Below are positions 19,759 through 28,339 of a stretch of DNA of 64,000 nt, in pieces (within the stretch, counting starts at the first letter, position 1; each line of letters starts with the position of its first letter). The notes beneath the pieces are model-generated. The model had not been told where the DNA came from. It worked only from the letters and a program-made list of their open reading frames with translations, and did no database searches. Source of the DNA: an uncultured Parabacteroides sp. (GTDB taxonomy: Bacteria; Bacteroidota; Bacteroidia; Bacteroidales; Tannerellaceae); NCBI GenBank assembly GCA_910577325.1, contig CAJTMR010000002.1:558-64557 (forward strand). The letters run 5' to 3'. The translations under genes and the position numbers were made by a program.

Positions 19759-19992
19759 ATCTGTGATCTTTTGTGTCATTGTAACAAAAGATCACAGGGT
19801 TTTATTGGTGACATCCCTAAAATTGAAAGCTATTTCTTTTGGGTGAACATTGAGACCGAAAAGGCAAAAAGATGAAACGGAAACATATTCCGATTTGTTC
19901 CTTCATAGTCAAGGTCTTTTTTCATAGTTAAGCCTTTGTTCCAATAACTTCAATAAAGAAACGGTTTAATTTTCTCATATGCAACTTATGGG

Positions 19993-20067
19993 AAAAGAAA
20001 ACCGTCCTATTCTCACGAACAAGACGGATAACCTAATCTAACTTAATTCTAATACCATGAAAAACAC
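19993..20067 (-). ncRNA. Putative paralogous sRNA, copy 3 (ABC-F 3' end / terminator)
   Basis: GTGTTTTTCATGGTATTAGAATTAAG starts within the ABC-F stop codon; stem CCGTCTTGTTC-GTGA-GAATAGGACGG plus T-tract. Confidence 0.6.
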
Positions 20068-21683
20068 TATATCTTAATAACAGGATCGGTATCAAAAAGT
20101 TCAATGGAGCGGTTTATTTTTATTTCTTTTACAAAATAATGATCGTGAGAGATCAGTAACACCGTTCCTCTATAACTCTTTATAGCCGCTGTTATTATTT
20201 CAACACTTTGGATGTCTAGATTGTTCGTTGGTTCGTCCAAAATAAACACGTCCGGTGCATTATTCATAATCATGAGACAGCAGAACAGCAAACGGATCTT
20301 CTCGCCTCCACTCAGGCAGGCGCAGTTTTTATCCCATGTTCCGTAAGGAAACAAATAACGGTTGAGAATAGATTTCAATTCATGTTCCGCCAAATTCTCG
20401 GTATTAAAACGTTCCGCTTGTTCGAATACAGTCAGCCGGGAATCGATCACGGAGCACTCCTGATCAATGTAGAGATAACTGAAATCGGTTCTCATAATTG
20501 TTCCAGTAGTCGGTTCCAATTCGCCTAACAACAGTTTGAGCAAAGTAGTCTTCCCACTTCCGTTATTGCCGGAAATATGAATACGGTCTCCGCTATTGAC
20601 TTGGATGTCCAACGGAGAGTGCCATAGGCATGAAGTGGCATAACTGAAGTTTATCCGTTCCGCCGTTATCAGGATTTTGCCAAAATGCAGGTTGGAAGAA
20701 CCGAAATCCGTCTGAAGTCCCCGCAAATCAGGAATCGCATCCTGAAGTTTGGCAATAGAACTTTGTAAGGTTGCCATCTTCTTTTTATGGACATCATTCA
20801 ATCGGACTGTACTTTTCTCGGCTTTGTCTTTCAATGTATTGACCGCCATCCGCGAGATGCCTTTCTTGAAAGATGACTTATCGCTGCGGATATTCATCTT
20901 GTTTTTCTGTTCCAAGGCCTCTCGAGCTATCTTACGGGCTTGTCGTAACTCTTTTTCCTGCTCTTCCATCCGATTCTGCAAAGCAGTCAACGCCAATTCT
21001 TTTTGTTCCTTATAGAAATCGTAATTGCCTCCATAAAGGGTAATAGTATTTCTCTCAAGTTCGCAGGTAGAGGGCAACAGGTTCAGTAGGGTCCGGTCAT
21101 GGCTAACAATCAGCAGGGTCGAACGACTGGTTTGAACCATTTTATATAATTTTTCTCGGGCGGAAACATCCAGATGGTTTGTCGGCTCGTCCATCAGAAT
21201 GATTTCCGGCGCATGTACAAGGATGCCGGAAAGGAACACTTTCGTTTTTTCCCCTCCACTTAACGAATGCATCGGTCGGGACAGTTGCAGATGATCCAAA
21301 TCCCAAAAGGCAAGTGCCGAAAGGCAACGTTCCTCCACGTTCCAGTCGTCGTTCAGACGAGTAAAGTTTTCAACCGAAGTGTCGCCTTCCAAAATGGCAT
21401 GGAGTGCCTTTATCTGGTTGTTCACTCGTAGGGCTTCCGCCACAGTCATGTGGTCAAATTGTCCGAAATGTTGCGGGATGTAATAAGGTTGCGAAGAACA
21501 AACAACCTCTCCTGAAGATGGTTGCAGGTTCTCTCCAATGATACGTAGCAGGGTCGATTTGCCCGTACCGTTATTGCCGACTAACGCAAGACGCTGTCCT
21601 TTGTTGACTGTCAGGTTTATGTTCTGTAAAAGAGGTTCTTTATCAGCATGAACATAACATAGCTGATGCACAGATATGCACAT
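20067..21683 (-). CDS. ABC-F family ATPase, ribosomal-protection-like
   Basis: Two ABC cassettes (GNNGTGKST/LSGGE/DEPTNHLD and GNNGSGKTT/LSGGE/DEPTNNLD), YGGNYDFY followed by a long helical linker, no TM domains. Confidence 0.9.
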   Translation of the reverse strand: MCISVHQLCYVHADKEPLLQNINLTVNKGQRLALVGNNGTGKSTLLRIIGENLQPSSGEVVCSSQPYYIPQHFGQFDHMTVAEALRVNNQIKALHAILEGDTSVENFTRLNDDWNVEERCLSALAFWDLDHLQLSRPMHSLSGGEKTKVFLSGILVHAPEIILMDEPTNHLDVSAREKLYKMVQTSRSTLLIVSHDRTLLNLLPSTCELERNTITLYGGNYDFYKEQKELALTALQNRMEEQEKELRQARKIAREALEQKNKMNIRSDKSSFKKGISRMAVNTLKDKAEKSTVRLNDVHKKKMATLQSSIAKLQDAIPDLRGLQTDFGSSNLHFGKILITAERINFSYATSCLWHSPLDIQVNSGDRIHISGNNGSGKTTLLKLLLGELEPTTGTIMRTDFSYLYIDQECSVIDSRLTVFEQAERFNTENLAEHELKSILNRYLFPYGTWDKNCACLSGGEKIRLLFCCLMIMNNAPDVFILDEPTNNLDIQSVEIITAAIKSYRGTVLLISHDHYFVKEIKINRSIELFDTDPVIKI

Positions 21684-21699
21684 AGTTTCCTTTGGATTA

Positions 21700-21863
21700 A
21701 AAATTTAAAACTAAAAAAGATAATTCACAAACGTGCCGAAGGGTGGCACGGGATAAGGCCGGAATGGACAATTATGTCAATAAGATGTTTATGGATGTAA
21801 TGTAATACCGGCTTACTTAAATATATTCATTGGAGTACTTATGTAATTGATGGTGCAAAGATA
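21700..21863 (-). promoter_or_regulatory. Putative attenuator leader of the ABC-F gene
   Basis: TATCTTTG (21856-21863); uORF 21813-21830; stem AAGCCGGTAT/ATTCCGGCCTT; hairpin CGTGCC-ACCCTTC-GGCACG (21732-21750) followed by a U-rich tract. Confidence 0.65.
21813..21830 (-). CDS. Putative leader peptide MNIFK
   Basis: ATG AAT ATA TTT AAG TAA, the first ATG after the -7 box in the ABC-F leader. Confidence 0.55.
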   Translation of the reverse strand: MNIFK

Positions 21864-21877
21864 ATCTTTTTTCCAAT

Positions 21878-21933
21878 ATAGAACAGTACGGAGATCAAAA
21901 TTTTGAAAAATTTTGATCTCCGTACTGTTCTAT
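21878..21933. repeat. Perfect 27-bp inverted repeat with 2-nt spacer
   Basis: ATAGAACAGTACGGAGATCAAAATTTT-GA-AAAATTTTGATCTCCGTACTGTTCTAT. Confidence 0.9.
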
Positions 21934-21995
21934 CGAGCAAGGGGGATGAACACGGTGACACATACCAAAGACGGATTGGAATAACTGCAAATTGA

Positions 21996-22297
21996 ACGAT
22001 TAAATTGGCTACATCCTACATCCTTTCTATGGGGTTGGGAATGTCCGGAGTGGAAGGAATACTGACAAGCGTTTTAAAGATGTTACATTTAAGGAAGACG
22101 GAAATATTGTCGCTACTTATTCCAAAAACATCAATATGCAGAACCCTTAGTGGACTCTTTTACCACTGAATATGGCGCAGTATAAAGTGGATGGTAACAT
22201 GGTTTTAGTCTTCCTGAACAGTGATATGGTCTTGGCCAATATCAGGGACGAAGGTGGGTATTGCCGACTTGCCAGCCGGTGTACTGGAGGGTATTAA
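21996..22297 (+). pseudogene. Fragment of a DUF4925-like lipoprotein gene
   Basis: Manual translation GILTSVL/KDVTFKEDGNIVATYS..NP*WTLLPLNMAQYKV..VFLNSDMV needs one frameshift (~22077) and has an in-frame TAG (22148-22150). Family assigned from memory of the motif. Confidence 0.55.
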
Positions 22298-22309
22298 TTT
22301 GGAAAAGTG

Positions 22310-22348
22310 ATCTGTAAGACAGGAAAGCGTTTTTCGTGTCTTACAGAT
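22310..22348. terminator. Hairpin downstream of lptG
   Basis: ATCTGTAAGACA..TGTCTTACAGAT inverted repeat. Confidence 0.5.
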
Positions 22349-22362
22349 ATAGCTGATTCTTT

Positions 22363-23448
22363 TTACCTCGGAGCCTTCCGGTACAGATAAATTGCGATAA
22401 ACGTGTACAATATGTTTGGAATCCAGGCGGCCATGGCAGGGCTGAGATTACCGTTTATGGCGAAGGTCGACGTTACGGTGGTGAAGAGGATGTAAGAGAA
22501 ACTCAGACCTAACCCGATGCCGATGTTCAATCCCATGCCTCCTTTGATTTTGCGAGAGGAGAGCGAAGCTCCGATGGAGGTCAGGATGAAAGCTGCCATG
22601 ATGGCGGCAAAACGTTTGTGATATTCGATTTGGAATGTTTGGATGTTGCCGATCCCCCGTTTCTTTTGTCGGTCGATATACGTGGACAGTTCGGGAGAAG
22701 TCATTGTCTCGCAGTCATTGACAGAAATCAGGAAATCCGAAGGAACGATTGTCAATGTAGTGTCCATGCGGTTTCCTTCGGTGATATGTTCGCGCATCCC
22801 GTCGAAGTCGCGGATCATGTAATCAATTACGATCCAGTTGTAGAGTGAATCATATTTGATGGAGTTCGCCGTGAGGCGTGAAACTAATTTTTTGTCCTCG
22901 AAGTGTTCAAGCGAAAACTTGTATCCCATCCCGGAACGCGCATCGTATCGGTCGAAATAGGCGATTATGCCCGGCTCGATCTCTAATTGGGCGGAACGGA
23001 CATAGTCAACCTTCTTGTTCTTGATATATTTGTTTTGAAAATCAATACGTGTGGCATTGGCAGGCGGAATGATATAAGCGTTCAACGCAAACGTACTGAG
23101 TGCAATGATCCCTGCTGAAATCGCGTAGGGCAACATCAGCCGTCGGAAACTCATCCCGCTTGCCAACATTGCGATCACTTCCGAATTGTCAGCCAGCTTC
23201 GAGGTGAAAAATATAACGGCGACGAAAGTAAACAACGGGCTGAACAGATTCGCGAAATACGGGATGAAGTTCATGTAATAGTCGAAGACGATCGCTTTCA
23301 ATGGTACGTCCGGACTCAAGAACTTGTCGATCTTCTCATTTATGTCGAAGACAACCGAGATAGCGATAATCAGGGCAATGGCAAAGATGTAAGTACCTAA
23401 GAATTGCTTGATAATGTATCGGTCTATCCGTTTCAGTTTGAATTCCAT
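22363..23448 (-). CDS. lptG: LPS export permease LptF/LptG family
   Basis: RIDRYIIKQF, NSEVIAMLASGMSF, AAWIPNIL; follows tgt as is usual in Bacteroidales. Confidence 0.88.
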   Translation of the reverse strand: MEFKLKRIDRYIIKQFLGTYIFAIALIIAISVVFDINEKIDKFLSPDVPLKAIVFDYYMNFIPYFANLFSPLFTFVAVIFFTSKLADNSEVIAMLASGMSFRRLMLPYAISAGIIALSTFALNAYIIPPANATRIDFQNKYIKNKKVDYVRSAQLEIEPGIIAYFDRYDARSGMGYKFSLEHFEDKKLVSRLTANSIKYDSLYNWIVIDYMIRDFDGMREHITEGNRMDTTLTIVPSDFLISVNDCETMTSPELSTYIDRQKKRGIGNIQTFQIEYHKRFAAIMAAFILTSIGASLSSRKIKGGMGLNIGIGLGLSFSYILFTTVTSTFAINGNLSPAMAAWIPNILYTFIAIYLYRKAPR

Positions 23449-23460
23449 GCGACAGTTTGC

Positions 23461-24591
23461 TTATAACCGATTTGATAATTGGCGGACCATTTTACTTTTC
23501 CAGGTCGTGAAATCACCAGCAATAATATGTTTACGGGCCTCTTTTACGAGCCATAGGTAAAATGCGAGATTATGGATCGATGCCAGTTGAAGTCCCAGCA
23601 TCTCGTTCACCTTGATAAGATGGTGCAAATAGGCCTTGCTGTAGCGCGTGTCGATGGCCGAATGAGCGTCCGAATCGATAGGAGAGAAGTCGTTCTCCCA
23701 TTTCTTGTTGCGCATATTGATCGTGCCAAAGCGAGTAAATATCTGTCCGTTGCGTCCGTTGCGTGTTGGCATGATGCAGTCGAACATATCGATCCCCCGT
23801 TCGATTCCCTCTAAAATGTTGATCGGCGTACCGACTCCCATCAGGTAGCGGGGCTTATCTTTCGGCAGGATTTCGTTGACTACTTCGATCATCTCGTACA
23901 TCTTCTCGGTTGGTTCGCCTACTGCTAAACCGCCGATCGCATTGCCGTCGGCATCCTTTTCGGCTACATTTTCGGCAGCCTTCCGGCGCAGTTCCGGATA
24001 AACACAACCTTGTACAATCGGAAAAAGGCTTTGCTGATAACCGTATTTCGGTTCCGTAGAGTTAAAACGTTCGAAACAACGGTCCAGCCAGCGTTCTGTC
24101 AGACCGAGGGATTTCTCTGCGTATTTGTAGTCGGCATCGCCCGGGCAACATTCATCGAAAGCCATGATGATGTCCGCGCCGATGATCCGTTGGATATCCA
24201 TAACCTTTTCTGGGCTGAACAGATGCTTGGAACCGTCGATATGCGAACGGAACGTGGCGCCTTCTTCATGCAATTTGCGATTTTCGGATAGAGAGAAAAC
24301 TTGGAAACCACCGCTATCTGTCAAGATCGGCCGGTTCCATGTGTTGAATTTATGCAATCCGCCTGCTTGTTCCAATATTTCCAGCCCTGGACGAAGATAC
24401 AAATGGTATGTATTTCCTAAAATGATTTGTGCGTTGATGTCATTTTCCAACTCAGTCATGTGGACACCTTTAACCGTGCCTTGTGTGCCGACTGGCATAA
24501 AAATGGGCGTTTCGATTACTCCATGATCAGTGGTAATCAGCCCCGCCCTTGCATTTGATTTTATGTCGTTATGTTGTATTTTGAATTTCAT
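23461..24591 (-). CDS. tgt: tRNA-guanine transglycosylase
   Basis: TPIFMPVGT, ILGNTYHL, LTDSGGFQVFSL, PRYLMGVG, DMFDCIMPTRNGRNG. Confidence 0.97.
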   Translation of the reverse strand: MKFKIQHNDIKSNARAGLITTDHGVIETPIFMPVGTQGTVKGVHMTELENDINAQIILGNTYHLYLRPGLEILEQAGGLHKFNTWNRPILTDSGGFQVFSLSENRKLHEEGATFRSHIDGSKHLFSPEKVMDIQRIIGADIIMAFDECCPGDADYKYAEKSLGLTERWLDRCFERFNSTEPKYGYQQSLFPIVQGCVYPELRRKAAENVAEKDADGNAIGGLAVGEPTEKMYEMIEVVNEILPKDKPRYLMGVGTPINILEGIERGIDMFDCIMPTRNGRNGQIFTRFGTINMRNKKWENDFSPIDSDAHSAIDTRYSKAYLHHLIKVNEMLGLQLASIHNLAFYLWLVKEARKHIIAGDFTTWKSKMVRQLSNRL

Positions 24592-24699
24592 GTTGCAAAG
24601 AAACTCATAATTCTTTTAAGAAAAAAGTTTTGAAAGTATTTTGCTTTTTTAGACTGTGAGTTTCCCTGATATTTTCTATGTAGAGTAGATATCTTTGTT

Positions 24700-25653
24700 T
24701 TACCAGCGACTGATCGAACCTCCACCTCCGGAACGTCCTCCACCCCAAGAGCCTTCGCTACCGCCGAAGCCTCCAAATCCACCTGGGCCTCTTCCGAGAT
24801 TTCCTCCTCCGAAAATGATGGGTCCGTTACCGTGGTGGAGGCGGTTGGTGGTGCGAGTTTTCTTTTCTGTGTAGCCGCAGTTCTTGCAACGCCAGACTTC
24901 TTCAACTACTCCTTCTCGGTTGTAGGTCGCGCGTTGTAGGATTTGCTGGCCTGCATAGGCAAGTGTTTTCTGTCCGCATCGCGGACACACGCGTGTATGG
25001 GGTTTGAACGACTTTACGAGGACGATGATGACAGGAAGGACGATGAGCAGGAGAAAGAGAACTGTTATCCCGAATGTCTCCGGATCGGTGTCGTTGTTCG
25101 TCTTCAGTCGTTTCGTCATGGCGTTTTGTTTATAGTCGCTCGTTATCAGGTAGTTGGTGATGGCGGTTACACCTTTCAGCATCCCTGCGCTGTAGTCGCC
25201 AGTTTTGAATTCAGGTAACATATAGCGTTGTTGCAGGCGGTAACAGATCGCATCGGGGAGGATGCTTTCGAGTCCGTAGCCTGTCTCGAAGACGACAGAA
25301 CGCTGTGAGGGTTCTGTCACAAGCTGGATCAGAAGTCCGTTGTCTTTCCCTTTTTTGCCCAGTCCCCAGTGTTGGAAAAGGTCGGTGGCGAACATGCGGG
25401 CATCGTTGTCGCCGATGCTTTCTACCGCAACGACGGCAATTTCGATATCAAGGCTGTCTTCCACTGTTCGGAGCAGACCATTGATGCGAACCACGTCGTC
25501 GGGATGGATAATGTTGTCAGGATTGCTGACATAGTTGTCATGGTCCGTAAGACGTACGTTCGGGATTGTCTCGACCGTATAGGCGATAGCGGCTGACAGC
25601 CATAACGGAAATAGTAAGAACAGGCAGATGTTTGTCAGGCGATTTTTTTTCAT
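24700..25653 (-). CDS. TPM domain-containing protein
   Basis: Signal peptide, WGLGKKGKDNG, FETGYGLE, TM helix, CxxC..CxxC, Gly-rich tail ending GGGGSISRW; downstream of lemA. Confidence 0.9.
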   Translation of the reverse strand: MKKNRLTNICLFLLFPLWLSAAIAYTVETIPNVRLTDHDNYVSNPDNIIHPDDVVRINGLLRTVEDSLDIEIAVVAVESIGDNDARMFATDLFQHWGLGKKGKDNGLLIQLVTEPSQRSVVFETGYGLESILPDAICYRLQQRYMLPEFKTGDYSAGMLKGVTAITNYLITSDYKQNAMTKRLKTNNDTDPETFGITVLFLLLIVLPVIIVLVKSFKPHTRVCPRCGQKTLAYAGQQILQRATYNREGVVEEVWRCKNCGYTEKKTRTTNRLHHGNGPIIFGGGNLGRGPGGFGGFGGSEGSWGGGRSGGGGSISRW

Positions 25654-25665
25654 CTTGTCCGGTAA

Positions 25666-26262
25666 TTAAAATTCAACCTTAGGTACTTTTTCTGCTCCGG
25701 TTTGGGCAGTGAAGTAAGTTTTCGCTTGGAAGTTGAATATCCTGGCGAGTATATTGGCGGGAAAACTGCGAATGTAAGTGTTATAGGTTTGTGCTACTTC
25801 GTTGAAACGTTTGCGTTCTACGGATATTCGGTTTTCCGTTCCTTCCAGTTGGGCCTGCAATTCGGAGAAGTGCTGGTTCGCTTTCAGTTCCGGATAACGT
25901 TCGAGGGTGACCATCAGACGGGAAAGAGTACTGCTTAGTTCTCCTTGTGCGGCCTGGAATTTTTTCATCGACTCTTCGTTTAGGTTTGAGGGGTCGATTG
26001 TGGTTTGAGTTGCACGGGCACGGGCGTTGATGACGCTTTCAAGCGTTTCTTTCTCATGTGTGGCATAACCTTTTACGGTGTTGACCAGATTCGGGATCAA
26101 GTCCATACGGCGTTGATATTGATTTTCAACCTGGCTCCAGGCTGTCTTGACGTTTTCGTCTTGAGTAACCATTGTGTTATACGTTCCTTTCACCCATGAG
26201 AAGAGGAAGATACCGAGAATTACGATCACGGCGAATGTGATCCATAGAGTTTTGTGTTTCAT
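25666..26262 (-). CDS. lemA: LemA family protein
   Basis: AWSQVENQYQRRMDLIPNLV, ERYPELKAN, LEGTENRI; start set at the ATG at 26262. Confidence 0.95.
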   Translation of the reverse strand: MKHKTLWITFAVIVILGIFLFSWVKGTYNTMVTQDENVKTAWSQVENQYQRRMDLIPNLVNTVKGYATHEKETLESVINARARATQTTIDPSNLNEESMKKFQAAQGELSSTLSRLMVTLERYPELKANQHFSELQAQLEGTENRISVERKRFNEVAQTYNTYIRSFPANILARIFNFQAKTYFTAQTGAEKVPKVEF

Positions 26263-26476
26263 TTTTTTATTATTAATTTTATTGATTGTATTACATTCGG
26301 ATCGAGCCAAAGCAATAAATGCAATTGCAAAACTAATTAAAAAACAAATTTCTCCTCATTATAGTTTTTATTTATCGCTATTGTGTGTGCTTGAATATAT
26401 CTGTCGGGAAAAATTATGACAGACAATTGTTGCAATAAAATCAAGGGGTTTTACGTTATCATGAAGTAAAACGATA

Positions 26477-26944
26477 ATGCATATGTTTTTCCGTCTGGTA
26501 CATATTTTGGGGTTATTGGTCGCTTTCACAGGCATGGGAGAAGTGTGGGGGCAGGAGGAAGGGCTTGCTTCTTATTACCACAACCGTTTTCATGGCCGAA
26601 AGGCTGCCAGTGGTCGAATCCATGATGCGAATGAGTTGGTAGCGGCTCACCGGACGTATCCTTTCGGTACTTTTCTCCGTGTTACTAACTTATCCAATAT
26701 GAAGCGAGTGATCGTCAGTGTTACCGACCGTGGCCCTTACCGCAAAGATCGTATCATCGATGTCTCTGCCTGTGTGGCCGAATTATTGGATTTTAAGAAA
26801 AAAGGTCTTGCCCGTGTCCGAATTGAGGTTGTTCCGAGTCAGATTGATCTTTGCTTTCTTGCTCTTCTCTATCCTGAAAAGCCTTTTTTAGAAGTGGATC
26901 ATCTTCGAGTGAAGCTGCCTTGCAAGATTGATGCGAAAAAATGA
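26477..26944 (+). CDS. rlpA: Septal ring lytic transglycosylase RlpA family
   Basis: EGLASYY, AAHRTYPFGT, VTDRGPY, RIIDVS. Confidence 0.9.
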   Translation: MHMFFRLVHILGLLVAFTGMGEVWGQEEGLASYYHNRFHGRKAASGRIHDANELVAAHRTYPFGTFLRVTNLSNMKRVIVSVTDRGPYRKDRIIDVSACVAELLDFKKKGLARVRIEVVPSQIDLCFLALLYPEKPFLEVDHLRVKLPCKIDAKK

Positions 26945-26945
26945 T

Positions 26946-27023
26946 CTAATGATTTTCTAATTTTACTTAAGAGTATTTTAATCAGATCTTAAAGGTGATT
27001 TATGTTGCAGGTCTGTACATTTG
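26946..27023 (+). promoter_or_regulatory. Efflux operon promoter with phased direct repeats (putative OmpR-family operator)
   Basis: (C/T)TAA with TAA at 26947, 26958, 26968, 26979 and 26990 (10-11 bp period); -7 box TACATTTG at 27016-27023. Confidence 0.5.
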
Positions 27024-27038
27024 CCGCAAAAAAAGCAA

Positions 27039-28307
27039 ATGTACAGACCTGTTTTATTGATCCTGTTGATGATTCATGTGTGGTCGGGAGCGGCACAGGA
27101 GGGGGTTGTCCGACTGTCATTGGACGAGGCTCTCGAGCGTTTCACCGCTTGTAACCTGTCTTTAATTGCCGAACGTTATAATATTGATATGGCGAAGGCG
27201 CAAGTGATGCAGGCAAAGTTGTTCGAGAATCCGGTTATTTCGCTCGAACAGAATATCTATAATCGTAATAACGGCAAGTATTTCGACATAGGAAAGGCGG
27301 GCGAGGCCGTGGTGGAGATTGAGCAACTGATCTATATTGCCGGCCAACGTAACAAGCGGGTTCGTCTGGAAAAGATCAACAAGGAGATGGCGGTATATCA
27401 GTTTGAAGAGGTGCTCCGTACGCTTCGGGGGGAACTGAAAGAGAAGTTTGTCGATCTTTATTATACCCGAAAATCCTTGTCGGTTTATGACCGGGAGATC
27501 GAGTATCTGACGACTGTCTTGAATGTTTATAAGGAACAGAATGCGAAAGGGAATGTCTCTCTTTTGGAGAAGTCGCGCATACAGGCTTTGCTGTTTTCGT
27601 TGAAACGGCAAAGAAACGGCGTTGTGAATGAGATGGTTGCCTTGGAGGGCAATCTACGTGTGCTTTTGGCATTGAAGACAGGTGAGGTTTTGGAACCGTT
27701 TTTTGATGAATCGGTATTGGACCGTTTCAGACTGGATGAGTTCCCGTTCGCTGAATTGAGTGCACGGATTGCCGAACGTCCCGACTTGAAGCAGGCGGAA
27801 GCGGGTATACGGGCTTCGGAGGCAGATGTACGTTTGCAACGGTCGCTTGCTTTCCCTGAAGTTAGCCTGAAAGGAGCTTATGACAGGGCGGGGAATTTCT
27901 GTAACAATTACTTCGCAATCGGATTGAGTGTTTCTGTTCCCATCTTCAACCGTAATCAGGGGAATATAAAATCGGCACGCCTTTCCGTCTTCCGCAACAA
28001 CAGCCTGGCGGAACTGGCACGCAGGCGGGCGGATAACGAGCTTTTTGTTTGTTACACGAAATTGGAGAAGGCATTGGAACTTTACCGTTCTTCGGATTAT
28101 GAATTGGAATGGGATTTTAATCGTATCCTCGAAGGCGTGAACACCAGTTTTCAAAAGCGCAATATCAGCCTGTTGGAATTTATCGATTATTACGAGGCTT
28201 ATAAGGAGGCTTGCTTGCAGTTATATGATATGAAAAAGAGTGTGGTACTTGCAGTGGAGGAGTTGAACACTGTCGTGGGCGTTACTTTTGGATCAAGCCA
28301 GAAGTAA
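27039..28307 (+). CDS. TolC family outer membrane efflux protein (CzcC/CusC-like)
   Basis: Signal peptide, RPDLKQA, SVPIFNRNQGNI; first gene of the RND operon. Confidence 0.9.
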   Translation: MYRPVLLILLMIHVWSGAAQEGVVRLSLDEALERFTACNLSLIAERYNIDMAKAQVMQAKLFENPVISLEQNIYNRNNGKYFDIGKAGEAVVEIEQLIYIAGQRNKRVRLEKINKEMAVYQFEEVLRTLRGELKEKFVDLYYTRKSLSVYDREIEYLTTVLNVYKEQNAKGNVSLLEKSRIQALLFSLKRQRNGVVNEMVALEGNLRVLLALKTGEVLEPFFDESVLDRFRLDEFPFAELSARIAERPDLKQAEAGIRASEADVRLQRSLAFPEVSLKGAYDRAGNFCNNYFAIGLSVSVPIFNRNQGNIKSARLSVFRNNSLAELARRRADNELFVCYTKLEKALELYRSSDYELEWDFNRILEGVNTSFQKRNISLLEFIDYYEAYKEACLQLYDMKKSVVLAVEELNTVVGVTFGSSQK

Positions 28308-28339
28308 CAGTATAAAATAGGTAATTAAAATATATCTTG

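Noticed and set aside
19655..19846. 63-aa ORF MLHNIKSVYLHCVFHGIRF.. and its twin at 63569-63757
   Set aside because: Each starts upstream of the -7 box and runs through a terminator. Their similarity is confined to the promoter and sRNA, so an RNA explains it better.
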